Part shown: positions 55,942 through 64,000 of the stretch, piece after piece | How the letters are laid out: the number at the start of each line of letters is the position of its first letter | Position numbering within the stretch: the stretch's first letter is position 1 | Assembly: GCA_965261605.1 (NCBI GenBank) | Contig: OZ253466.1 | Coordinates: 336,724 to 400,723 of the forward strand | DNA length: 64,000 bases | Origin: Dehalococcoidia bacterium | Lineage (GTDB): Bacteria; Chloroflexota; Dehalococcoidia; Lucifugimonadales; UBA2985 | Direction of reading: 5' to 3' | Notes under the pieces: model-generated | Seen by the model: the letters and a program-made list of their open reading frames with translations, nothing else | The model's database searches: none | Told to the model about the DNA's origin: nothing | Made by a program: the position numbers and the translations under genes

Positions 55942-57597
55942 CTAGACGACCGCGCGGTCCTGCTGAACGCCAAATACGCTGCGGAACACGTCACATATCT
56001 CTCCGGTGGTGCAGTAGGCCTCCACGCACTCCAGGATAGCCGGCATGGTGTTATCGTTGCTGCGAGCGACCATCTCCAGGTTTGCCAAGGCCGCCGCGAC
56101 CCGGGATCCGTTGCGAGTGGAGCGGACCCTTTGCAGCCGGGCGATCTGACGCTGGCGCTCTGCCGGGTCAATGCGAAGTATGTCTATGGCCGGCTCCTCG
56201 CTGTTCTGGTAGGCATTGACGCCCACTACGGTGCGCTCCCCGTCCTCAATCTCCAGTTGGAACTTGTACGCGGCGTCCCCTATCTCCCTCTGCTGGTATC
56301 CCTCGTCAATCGCAGGCACCGCTCCGCCCAGCTCGTCCACCTCGGCGATGTAGTGCAAAGCAGCCCTCTCCAGGTCGTCCGTCAGCTTCTCAATGTAATA
56401 CGAGCCGGCCAGGGGATCGACAGTGTCCGTCAGACCACATTCGAAGGCGAGCACCTGCTGAGTGCGCAGCGACAGTGTCACGGACTCCTCCGTCGGCAGG
56501 GCCAGCGCCTCGTCTTTGGAGTTGACGTGCAGGGACTGGGTGCCGCCGAGAATAGCAGCCAGGGCCTGTATGCTGGAGCGGACAACGTTGTTGTCGGGTT
56601 GCTGCGCAGTGAGGGTCACGCCGGCGGTCTGGGCGTGGAAGCGCATCATCTGAGAGCGCGGATTCTGGGAGTTGAAGCGCTCCTTCATCAGGCGAGCCCA
56701 GAGGCGCCGTGCGGCTCTGAATTTCGCCACCTCCTCCATAAGGTTGCTCTGAGCCACGAAGAAGAACGTGAGTTGCGGCGCGAAGTCGTCCACGCTAAGG
56801 CCGGCGTTCACGGCGGCCCGGACGTACGCCATAGCGTTCGCCAGGGTAAAGCCGACCTCCTGTGCAGCCGTGCAACCCGCCTCCCGCATGTGATAACCGC
56901 TGATGGAGATGGTGTTCCAGTTGGGCGTTTCCGAGGCGCAGTAAGCAAAGAGATCTGTCACCAGCCTCATTGAAGGAGCCGCCGGATAGATGTGGGTACC
57001 CCTGGCTATGTACTCCTTCAGGATGTCGTTCTGTACGGTGCCCCGCAGTTCCTTCGGGTCGACGCCCTGCTTCTTCGCCATAGCTATGTAGTAAGCCAGT
57101 AGCAGTGAGGCCGTAGCGTTTATGGTCATGGAGGTGGAGACCTCCGCCAGGTTAATGCCCTCGAAAACGGTCTCCATGTCCTCCAGGTGGGAGATGGGCA
57201 CCCCTACCCTGCCCACCTCGCTATAGGCGATGGGATGGTCGGAGTCGTAGCCGGTCTGCGTGGGCAAGTCGAACGCCATCGATAGCCCCGTCTGGCCCTG
57301 CTCAAGGAGGTAGTGATAGCGTCGGTTGGTCTCCTCCGCCGATGCGAAGCCGGAGTATTGGCGCATGGTCCAAATGCGCCCTCGATACATGGTTGGCTGA
57401 ACACCCCTGGTGTAGGGAAAGCTGCCCGGAAAGCCAAGGTCGCGGTCGTAGTCCTGGTTGGACACGTCTTCGGGCGTGTAGATCGGTTCAACCTCTATCT
57501 CAGATGAGGTCTCAAAACGGGCTTGGCGCTCCCCACTGCGCTCGGTAGCGGGCTGCCAGACCTTCTCTTTCCATTCCTGTTTCCTGCCATTGGCCAT
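55942..57597 (-). CDS. Methylmalonyl-CoA mutase, catalytic large subunit
   Basis: It has FPYTRG, RQYSGF and the full-length TIM-barrel mutase domain. The B12 domain is encoded separately. Confidence 0.9.
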   Translation of the reverse strand: MANGRKQEWKEKVWQPATERSGERQARFETSSEIEVEPIYTPEDVSNQDYDRDLGFPGSFPYTRGVQPTMYRGRIWTMRQYSGFASAEETNRRYHYLLEQGQTGLSMAFDLPTQTGYDSDHPIAYSEVGRVGVPISHLEDMETVFEGINLAEVSTSMTINATASLLLAYYIAMAKKQGVDPKELRGTVQNDILKEYIARGTHIYPAAPSMRLVTDLFAYCASETPNWNTISISGYHMREAGCTAAQEVGFTLANAMAYVRAAVNAGLSVDDFAPQLTFFFVAQSNLMEEVAKFRAARRLWARLMKERFNSQNPRSQMMRFHAQTAGVTLTAQQPDNNVVRSSIQALAAILGGTQSLHVNSKDEALALPTEESVTLSLRTQQVLAFECGLTDTVDPLAGSYYIEKLTDDLERAALHYIAEVDELGGAVPAIDEGYQQREIGDAAYKFQLEIEDGERTVVGVNAYQNSEEPAIDILRIDPAERQRQIARLQRVRSTRNGSRVAAALANLEMVARSNDNTMPAILECVEAYCTTGEICDVFRSVFGVQQDRAVV

Positions 57598-57821
57598 GAC
57601 AAGCCTCCTGCAAGGGATTAGGTGTCCGACACTTTATGAAGGTCAAAAACTACATTCCACAGGTAAGAACGCGGTTAGGATACGAAATGCCAAAAGTGGT
57701 GTCAAGCTGAGGAGTCGCTTGCGGGCAGGTGAAGCCAGTTGGAGACGCAGGCGCTGTCAAATGCTATTGGCTACATATAAGTTTGCTAAACAGCGTATAC
57801 AAGCACATGCAAGCGCTTGAC

Positions 57822-58568
57822 CTACGACCCCATCCCTTCCTCGATACGACGAATCTCCCCATCTACCTCTTGAATGCGCCGGTAGTCCTCTTCATACAGC
57901 TTGTAGCAGCGCTCCAGATAGAGATGGGTCAGCGTTGCGCCCATGTCCGCCGGCATCTCAGCAACCTGGATGATGCGAGGTACGCTGTAGTGCTCCGGCA
58001 GATGTTTTGCCAGAGTCAGCATCTCCTCCTCCGCTTCCTTCACCAGCCGGGAATCCGACCCTTCTACGCCGAAACGCAGTTTCCCCACCAGCTTCGCTAG
58101 CTCGCTCAGTTTGCCCGTCTCGCCCATCAACTCATAGAGAAGCTCGTTTACGTTGGGCTCTCCCGAAAGGGCAGGCGGCTGGCTTGCTTCCTGCGACTGC
58201 TGCCAGAGGCGCGTATACTCCTGCTGCAGGTCGTTCACCGTCTGCACCATATCCAGGGGATTGTTGGCGTCGCCGGTGCCCCCGTCGATGAGATCATCGT
58301 CCCTTGCATCGGCCAGGCGTTGGATCTCGGCCAGGCTATCGACCTTCTCCGGGAATGGGGGGAAGGCGAAGCCGGAAAGCTCCTGGGAATTCATACCCTG
58401 TATCTGGGCGGCAAACATAGGTGGGATGTACTTGGATACGTCCACTTTGATCGGCAGGGTGATGATGTACGTAGCCATTATCTCGTCCTGGTTATACCTC
58501 TGACGGAAGTAGACCAGTGCGTGCCCCTTGGGGGTCTCTCTCGACCCGCGCTCAAAATAAAGATCCAA
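57822..58568 (-). CDS. Hypothetical protein (248 aa)
   Basis: This is a long ORF with coding-like composition and no motif I recognise. Confidence 0.55.
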   Translation of the reverse strand: MDLYFERGSRETPKGHALVYFRQRYNQDEIMATYIITLPIKVDVSKYIPPMFAAQIQGMNSQELSGFAFPPFPEKVDSLAEIQRLADARDDDLIDGGTGDANNPLDMVQTVNDLQQEYTRLWQQSQEASQPPALSGEPNVNELLYELMGETGKLSELAKLVGKLRFGVEGSDSRLVKEAEEEMLTLAKHLPEHYSVPRIIQVAEMPADMGATLTHLYLERCYKLYEEDYRRIQEVDGEIRRIEEGMGS

Positions 58569-58739
58569 TGTCCAGCCTTTCGTTCTTCGTTTCTCGCTAC
58601 ATTATACACGAAAGCGCACCTGCGCCCCGCCCCCATAACACATGGCGCCACGCGCAGTATGGAGCGCCCGGACACCCGCAGAGGCCGCATACAATCTGCT
58701 AGAATGATAGCAAAAGGAATACTTCAGGGAGGAGCAGCT

Positions 58740-59921
58740 ATGGAAATAGACCTCAAGGAGGCAATCCAGGCCGAAGAGGAGGGTATGGTCTCCATAAGGC
58801 GAGACCTCCACGCACACCCTGAGCTGGCCTTTCAGGAAGAGCGTACCGCCAATCTCATCGCCGACAGACTGGGCGGCCTGGGTCTAAGGGTGTCTACGGG
58901 GATTGCATCGACGGGAGTGGTCGGCCTGCTGGAAGGAAGCGCGCCGGGGCCCACGCTTATGTTGCGGGCCGATATGGACGGGCTGCCCATTCAGGAGACT
59001 TCCAACGCGCCCTACAGGTCCCAATCCAACGAGGTTATGCACGCCTGCGGCCACGACGGTCATATGGCCGCGCTTCTGGGGGTGGCCTCGGTCCTGGCCA
59101 AGAACCGCACAGCGCTGAAGGGGCGGGTGAAGTTCGTCTTCCAGCCGGCGGAAGAGACCATGAGCGGAGCGCAGGCGATGATAGACCAGGGCGTTATGGA
59201 CAACCCGCGAGTGGACAGAGTCTTGGGGTTTCATCTCTGGAACGCCCTGCCGGTAGGCCAGATAGGACTGAGGCCGGGGGTAATCTTCTCCAGCGCCGAC
59301 GAGTTCAGACTGGTGATCAAGGGAAGAGGGGGACATGGCGCCTTGCCGCACTTGGCCGTGGACCCGGTGGTAATATCTGCGCAGGTAGTTACTGCCCTCC
59401 AGACGCTGGTGAGCCGAGAGAAGCATCCATTTGAGGGCGCCGTGCTCACCATCGGGACTATCCACGGGGGGACTGCCTTCAACATCATAGCCGACCAGGT
59501 GGAGATGACGGGAACGGTGCGCACTATAGATAACGACCTGCGCCAGCGGTTTCTGAGGCGTATACCGGAGATGTCGGCTGCTATCTGCGCCTCTATGGAT
59601 GGCAGCCTTGACTTCGATCACGTGAGAGGCTGCCGGGCCGTGGAGAATGACCTGTCAGTGACCGGAGCCGTATTCAAGACGGCCTCCCGTGTAGTTGGAG
59701 ACGCCAACCTGCCGCCCATTGAACCCAGCACGGTTGGCGATGACATGGCGCTGTTCATGGCGGAGGCGCCGGGGTGCTACTTCCTGGTGGGTTCCGCAAA
59801 CCCGGAGGCGGGCCTGGACTCTCCGCACCACAGCTCATCCTTTGACTTTGATGAGAGGGCGCTCTCCATAGCAGCGGAAATCATGGCGCGAAACGCTCTG
59901 GAATACCTGGGTCAGGAATAG
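58740..59921 (+). CDS. M20D-family amidohydrolase (hippurate hydrolase/aminoacylase-like)
   Basis: It has RRDLHAHPELAFQE, MHACGHDGH and GGHGA motifs. The start is the ATG at 58740 after GGGAGGAG; the ORF-track extension upstream overlaps the divergent gene. Confidence 0.85.
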   Translation: MEIDLKEAIQAEEEGMVSIRRDLHAHPELAFQEERTANLIADRLGGLGLRVSTGIASTGVVGLLEGSAPGPTLMLRADMDGLPIQETSNAPYRSQSNEVMHACGHDGHMAALLGVASVLAKNRTALKGRVKFVFQPAEETMSGAQAMIDQGVMDNPRVDRVLGFHLWNALPVGQIGLRPGVIFSSADEFRLVIKGRGGHGALPHLAVDPVVISAQVVTALQTLVSREKHPFEGAVLTIGTIHGGTAFNIIADQVEMTGTVRTIDNDLRQRFLRRIPEMSAAICASMDGSLDFDHVRGCRAVENDLSVTGAVFKTASRVVGDANLPPIEPSTVGDDMALFMAEAPGCYFLVGSANPEAGLDSPHHSSSFDFDERALSIAAEIMARNALEYLGQE

Positions 59922-59953
59922 CCGTCTGTAGTTCTGCGGGGCAGCGTTCTCCC

Positions 59954-61477
59954 CTACCCTCTTCCGCGAGGTCGATACTGGACAGCCTCCGCCAGATGCG
60001 AGACGCCGATGCTGTCTTCGCCTGCGAGGTCCGCGATGGTGCGGGAGAGCTTCAGGGTGCGGTGATACGCCCTCGCCGATAGCTGAAGCTGCTCCATAGC
60101 GGCTTTTGCCAGGCTCTGCGCGGCGTCGTCCAGCTTGCAGTGATCCCACACCTCGGCCGGTCCCATGTCCGCGTTGGTCTGTACGCTCGTGCCGGCAAAC
60201 CTGTGCCTCTGCCGCTCACTGGCCTGCTCAACGCGCTGGCGCACCGCGCTCGACTCCTCTCCGGCTGCGTCCGCAGTGAGTTTCTCGTACTCGACCCTCG
60301 GCACCTCAACAAAGATGTCTATGCGGTCAAGGAGCGGGCCTGAAATGCGCTTCTGGTACTTGTTGACCATGCTGGGCGAGCAGGTGCATTGTCGTTGGGC
60401 GTCGCCATAGTAGCCGCAGTAGCAGGGGTTCATTGCAGCCACCAGCATGAAGTTGGCCGGAAAAGTCACAGATCCCTGCGCCCGGCTGATGGTCACCACT
60501 TTGTCCTCCAGAGGCTGCCTCAAGACCTCAAGCACATTATGGCCGAACTCCGGAAGCTCATCCAGGAATAACACGCCTCGGTGGCTTAAAGAGACCTCTC
60601 CCGGTCGGGGCCATCTCCCTCCGCCCACCAGCCCGGCGTGGGAGATGGTGTAGTGAGGAGCCCTGAATGGTCTGTGGGACATCAAGGGAGTATCCGAAGG
60701 CAGCAGGCCGGATACGCTGTATATCCTTGTGACGTCCAGCGCCTCCGCAGAGCTCATGGTGGGCAGAATTGAAGGCAAGGAGCGGGCAAGGAGGGTCTTC
60801 CCACTGCCCGGCGGTCCGCTCATCAGAAGGTTGTGGCCTCCTGCCGCCGCCACCTCCAAAGCTCTCTTGGCGTGCTCCTGGCCTCGGATATGAGCCATAT
60901 CGCCTCCGGTCCAGGCCACATCATCGGTCGGACTGTTTTTATCCTCATTTACAAAGGGAGAAATGGCGCTCTCCCCACGAAGATGGGAAGCCAGCTGGCC
61001 CAGGGAGTCACTGGCATAGACCGTTATGCCGTCCAGCAAAGAGGCCTCCTTAGCGTTGATCGCGGGCACAAAGGCCTGTTCAATGCCCATCTCTTCCGCC
61101 AGTCCAACCATTGGCAGTATGCCATTGGTGTGGCGCAGCTTCCCGTCCAGAGAGAGCTCGCCCAGAAACACGGCGTTGGATATGTCAGCAGACACCTGGC
61201 CGGAGCTGCACAGAATTCCCACAGCAATGGGCAGGTCATACGATGGCCCCGCCTTCTTGAGGTCGGCCGGGGCCAGGTTCACCGTAATGCGGCGCATTGG
61301 GAATTCGTAACCGGAGTTGCGTATGGCCGCCCTCACCCGCTCACGCGCCTCCTGCACCGCCGTATCCGGCAAGCCAACAATGTTGAAGGCGGGCAGCCCC
61401 GGGGAGATGTCAACCTCCGTCTCCACCACGGCTCCCTCCAAGCCCACTATTGCGCAGGTAATAGCCTTAGCCAGCAT
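59954..61477 (-). CDS. comM: YifB/ComM-family Mg-chelatase-like AAA+ ATPase
   Basis: It has a Lon-like N-terminal domain, Walker A GPPGSGKT and a C-terminal ChlI-like region. The start is at MLAKAI (61477). Confidence 0.85.
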   Translation of the reverse strand: MLAKAITCAIVGLEGAVVETEVDISPGLPAFNIVGLPDTAVQEARERVRAAIRNSGYEFPMRRITVNLAPADLKKAGPSYDLPIAVGILCSSGQVSADISNAVFLGELSLDGKLRHTNGILPMVGLAEEMGIEQAFVPAINAKEASLLDGITVYASDSLGQLASHLRGESAISPFVNEDKNSPTDDVAWTGGDMAHIRGQEHAKRALEVAAAGGHNLLMSGPPGSGKTLLARSLPSILPTMSSAEALDVTRIYSVSGLLPSDTPLMSHRPFRAPHYTISHAGLVGGGRWPRPGEVSLSHRGVLFLDELPEFGHNVLEVLRQPLEDKVVTISRAQGSVTFPANFMLVAAMNPCYCGYYGDAQRQCTCSPSMVNKYQKRISGPLLDRIDIFVEVPRVEYEKLTADAAGEESSAVRQRVEQASERQRHRFAGTSVQTNADMGPAEVWDHCKLDDAAQSLAKAAMEQLQLSARAYHRTLKLSRTIADLAGEDSIGVSHLAEAVQYRPRGRG

Positions 61478-61560
61478 TGGACTCCTAGTACGATTGAAGC
61501 TAGGCCCTATGATACGGAGCTTCAGATTCCCCGTCAAATGCCCTCGCTAGACCGGATTGC

Positions 61561-61601
61561 TGTAATAAACGAAGAAGCGGGGACGATGGCCCCGCTTCTT
61601 C
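61561..61601 (-). terminator. Rho-independent terminator after the dpp/opp-type permease genes
   Basis: A perfect 12-bp stem GAAGAAGCGGGG / CCCCGCTTCTTC (61571-61582 and 61590-61601) is followed on the minus strand by GTTTATTACA. Confidence 0.55.
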
Positions 61602-61623
61602 GGATCACTGCGTCAATATGAGA

Positions 61624-62523
61624 TTAGGTCCCTCGCAGCCTCGGGTCAAGCACATCCCTTATGGCATCGCCAAAAAGGTTGAAGCCATACACGGCCATCG
61701 AGATAGCAACACCGGGCCAGATGGCCAACCAAGGGGCCACGGCGTAAAACTCCCTGGCGCGGCCGGAAAGCATACCACCCCAGGAAGGCTCCGGGGGAGG
61801 AACGCCCAGGCCGAGGAAGCTCAGCGAGGCCTCTGCGATGATGGCAGTGCCCAGTCCCGCTGTGGCGATTATGAGCCAGGGTGCAACACACTGGGGGAAG
61901 ATGTGGAGCGCCATTATGCGGATGTCCCCCGCTCCGATAGCCCGGGCAGCCAGAGCGAACTCCGACTGTTTCACTGCGAACGCCTGTGAGCGCACGATGC
62001 GGTTGGCCCTGGGGATCTGCACTACACCAATGGCCAAGATCACGTTAAAGACTCCTGTACCCAGGCTTGCCGTAATGGCCAGAGCCAGAATCAGGGTCGG
62101 GATGGACATCAAACTATCCATTGCTCTCTGCACTATCATGTCTACTTTCCCGCCGTAGAAAGCGCTGGCCAGTCCCAGCGCACCGCCTGTGCCGGAGCCA
62201 AGCGCGACCGCGGAAAAGCCCACGATAAGGGATATCCGAGCGCCGTTGATTATTCTCGACCATAGGTCTCTACCGAGGTCGTCAGTACCAAGCAGGTGCT
62301 CTGTGGATGGTGGTTCCAACGCGTCCACGATGTTCAGTTTAATAGGGTCTCCAGCGATAACCGGCGCCAGGATAGCCATAGCAAACATAAGGAGTATGAT
62401 GAGAGCCCCCACCGCCCCCAGTGGCTTCCTCACAACGAAGGTGCGTACACTCTTAAACAACCGGGAAGCCAGCCCCGGTTGACTGTAGGACACTACCTGT
62501 TCAGCTTCTTGTCGTGCTGCCAT
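61624..62523 (-). CDS. Peptide/nickel ABC transporter permease (DppC/OppC type)
   Basis: This polytopic permease has a binding-protein-dependent transport motif region (EASLSFLGLG). Confidence 0.85.
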   Translation of the reverse strand: MAARQEAEQVVSYSQPGLASRLFKSVRTFVVRKPLGAVGALIILLMFAMAILAPVIAGDPIKLNIVDALEPPSTEHLLGTDDLGRDLWSRIINGARISLIVGFSAVALGSGTGGALGLASAFYGGKVDMIVQRAMDSLMSIPTLILALAITASLGTGVFNVILAIGVVQIPRANRIVRSQAFAVKQSEFALAARAIGAGDIRIMALHIFPQCVAPWLIIATAGLGTAIIAEASLSFLGLGVPPPEPSWGGMLSGRAREFYAVAPWLAIWPGVAISMAVYGFNLFGDAIRDVLDPRLRGT

Positions 62524-62550
62524 TCTCTAGCCCCCCTTGCCGGGATTATC

Positions 62551-63513
62551 CTAGTCGTACCGCACCCGCGGGTCCAACATTCCGTATGTGAGATCTACCA
62601 GTAGATTGGCAAATATTATCCAAACTGAGAAGAAGGCAACCATAGCCTGGACTACGTTGTAGTCCCTCTGGTTCATGGCCTCCACCAGAAATCGCCCCAG
62701 ACCGGGCAATGAGAAAATACTCTCGATGATCACGGAACCCCCGGCAATGACGGCAAAGCTGATGCCAATTATAGTGACCACCGGAAGCATGGCGTTCTTC
62801 ATCGCATGCCGATACACAACCACAAGGTTCCTGAGTCCCTTGGCGTGTGCCGTCCTTATGTAGTCCTGGCGCAGCACCTCCAACATTGAGGAGCGCATCA
62901 TCCTCGCCTTGGTGGCCGATGTAACCCAGCCAAGAGTTATGGCCGGCCATATGAACATCCTGATGTTGTCCCAAGGGGCCTCCCAGGGTGAAACGTACTC
63001 CAGTCTGGGAGACCAACTGAACCAGTACAACCCCACCACCAAGATCAGCGTGGCAAACCAGAAGCTGGGTATTGATATCCCTCCCAGGGAGGCAATCCTC
63101 AAAACGTAGTCTATCCACGTGTCCTGCTTCAACGCCATCAAAATCCCCAACGGGATAGAGACGATGACGGAGATGGTGATGGTCATTAAGGCCAATTGTA
63201 AGGTGACGGGCAGCTTCCCCTTAAAGTCCTCCCACACGGAACCACCGTGGAAGTAGGAGGTGCCCCAGTCCAGGGTGAGCATATTTCCTACCCATTTCAG
63301 GTACTGCAAATGGACGGGATCGGACAGCCCCAAGTTCTCTCTGATCCTCTGCAGGGCCTCTTCATCTATGTCAGCAACGCCCTCGTCTCCCTGCGTATAG
63401 ACCATCATTGCAACGTCCCCAGGCGCCACCCGCAGTATAGTGAATATAAGCACCGACACTATGGCCACTGTCAACACTGCCAGCAGGAGCCGTCTCAATA
63501 TGTATGCCTGCAT
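62551..63513 (-). CDS. Peptide/nickel ABC transporter permease (DppB/OppB type)
   Basis: MQAYILRRLL..., DYIRTAHAKGL and ESIFSLPGLG are typical DppB motifs. Confidence 0.85.
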   Translation of the reverse strand: MQAYILRRLLLAVLTVAIVSVLIFTILRVAPGDVAMMVYTQGDEGVADIDEEALQRIRENLGLSDPVHLQYLKWVGNMLTLDWGTSYFHGGSVWEDFKGKLPVTLQLALMTITISVIVSIPLGILMALKQDTWIDYVLRIASLGGISIPSFWFATLILVVGLYWFSWSPRLEYVSPWEAPWDNIRMFIWPAITLGWVTSATKARMMRSSMLEVLRQDYIRTAHAKGLRNLVVVYRHAMKNAMLPVVTIIGISFAVIAGGSVIIESIFSLPGLGRFLVEAMNQRDYNVVQAMVAFFSVWIIFANLLVDLTYGMLDPRVRYD

Positions 63514-63582
63514 AGGACCCTCCAGATTCTATAACCTCTTCCCCACGCCCAGGATCTTCCAAGTCCATTCCACCGGTTACCA

Positions 63583-63624
63583 GAGATTCTCCTAGAGATT
63601 GTGGGTTGTCCCTAGGAGAATCTC
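63583..63624 (-). promoter_or_regulatory. Intercistronic stem-loop between the SBP and permease genes
   Basis: A perfect 13-bp inverted repeat GAGATTCTCCTAG / CTAGGAGAATCTC with a 16-nt loop and no U-tract. Confidence 0.5.
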
Positions 63625-63651
63625 GTATCACGTAGGTTTCCGCGTCCTCTA

Positions 63652-64000
63652 CTACTGGTCCTTCCAGTAACGCTCGTGTATCCAAGCATGCACGGCATAG
63701 GTACCGTAGTTGGGGAAGAGAACGCCCTTCATCCACGGCTGGCTGCCGTAGAACAGCTTGGCGTACTCTATGGTCGATCCCCAATATGCTTCAAGGAGTA
63801 TCTTTCTCTCAATCTCCCGGGACAATTCCCTTCTGACGGTTGGATCCAACTCAACGTCCACTTGGTCAATCAGGTCTGCAATCCCGCGTAGAACAACAGG
63901 ATCCGTACCCGCTCGGCAACCGGCGTTGAACCCTTTGCGGTCCACGTGCCAGTTCTGGTACTTGTATGTCGGGTCGTACAGCCAGATTAGCGTCGCGGGC
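63652..64000 (-). CDS. Family-5 (peptide/nickel) ABC substrate-binding protein, C-terminal part (gene continues past the window)
   Basis: The frame stays open to the window edge (...PATLIWLYDPTYKYQNWHVDRKGFN...). The C-terminal sequence and operon position fit a DppA/OppA-type SBP. Confidence 0.7.
   Translation of the reverse strand, partial: PATLIWLYDPTYKYQNWHVDRKGFNAGCRAGTDPVVLRGIADLIDQVDVELDPTVRRELSREIERKILLEAYWGSTIEYAKLFYGSQPWMKGVLFPNYGTYAVHAWIHERYWKDQ

Overview
This is a 64-kb, fairly GC-rich bacterial chromosomal segment. All calls come from reading the sequence and ORF track by eye, and homology is from memory, not from searches. I count about 60 protein genes, one tRNA-Ile(GAU), no rRNA and no CRISPR array.

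Core content:
- Single housekeeping genes: typA, rnd, ogg, iscA plus a ygfZ-like gene, ruvX, alaS, purA and comM.
- A fatty-acid cluster: split MaoC hot-dog pair, plsX, fabG, fabL.
- A co-directional aroE-aroC-proB-proA array.
- A heat-shock locus: hsp20 divergent from dnaJ-hspR-Hsp100.
- A split methylmalonyl-CoA mutase/epimerase cluster.
- A BMP-type ABC transporter operon followed by a cysteine hydrolase, an amidase and a DUF1116 gene.
- The start of a dpp/opp-type ABC operon.

The accessory load is unusually dense and several insertion events can be reconstructed from junctions in the sequence itself:
1. A PLD-nuclease/double zinc-ribbon gene plus a small coiled-coil gene, bracketed by a duplicated copy of the aroE promoter. 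This is my best candidate for an undescribed defence or toxin-like module.
2. A 181-bp MITE with 10-bp target duplications in two copies. One copy is split by a nested 1511-bp element with 26-bp terminal inverted repeats and an 8-bp target duplication. That nested element carries only a secreted FN3/PT-repeat protein gene and no transposase.
3. A NotI-like endonuclease plus Dam-like methyltransferase pair inserted between proB and proA.
4. hicAB inserted between aroE and aroC, with a GTGA overlap.
5. higBA, vapBC and an orphan YgiT/MqsA-like gene.
6. An ISAs1 element with intact inverted repeats and a 10-bp duplication, but a frameshifted transposase, sitting between two divergent promoters.
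7. An imperfect direct repeat that overlaps the 3' end of tRNA-Ile and brackets an LRR lipoprotein gene.
8. A decayed plasmid-type Replic_Relax gene.

A recurrent promoter pattern, TTGnnn-17/18-TATACT, is visible upstream of many genes.
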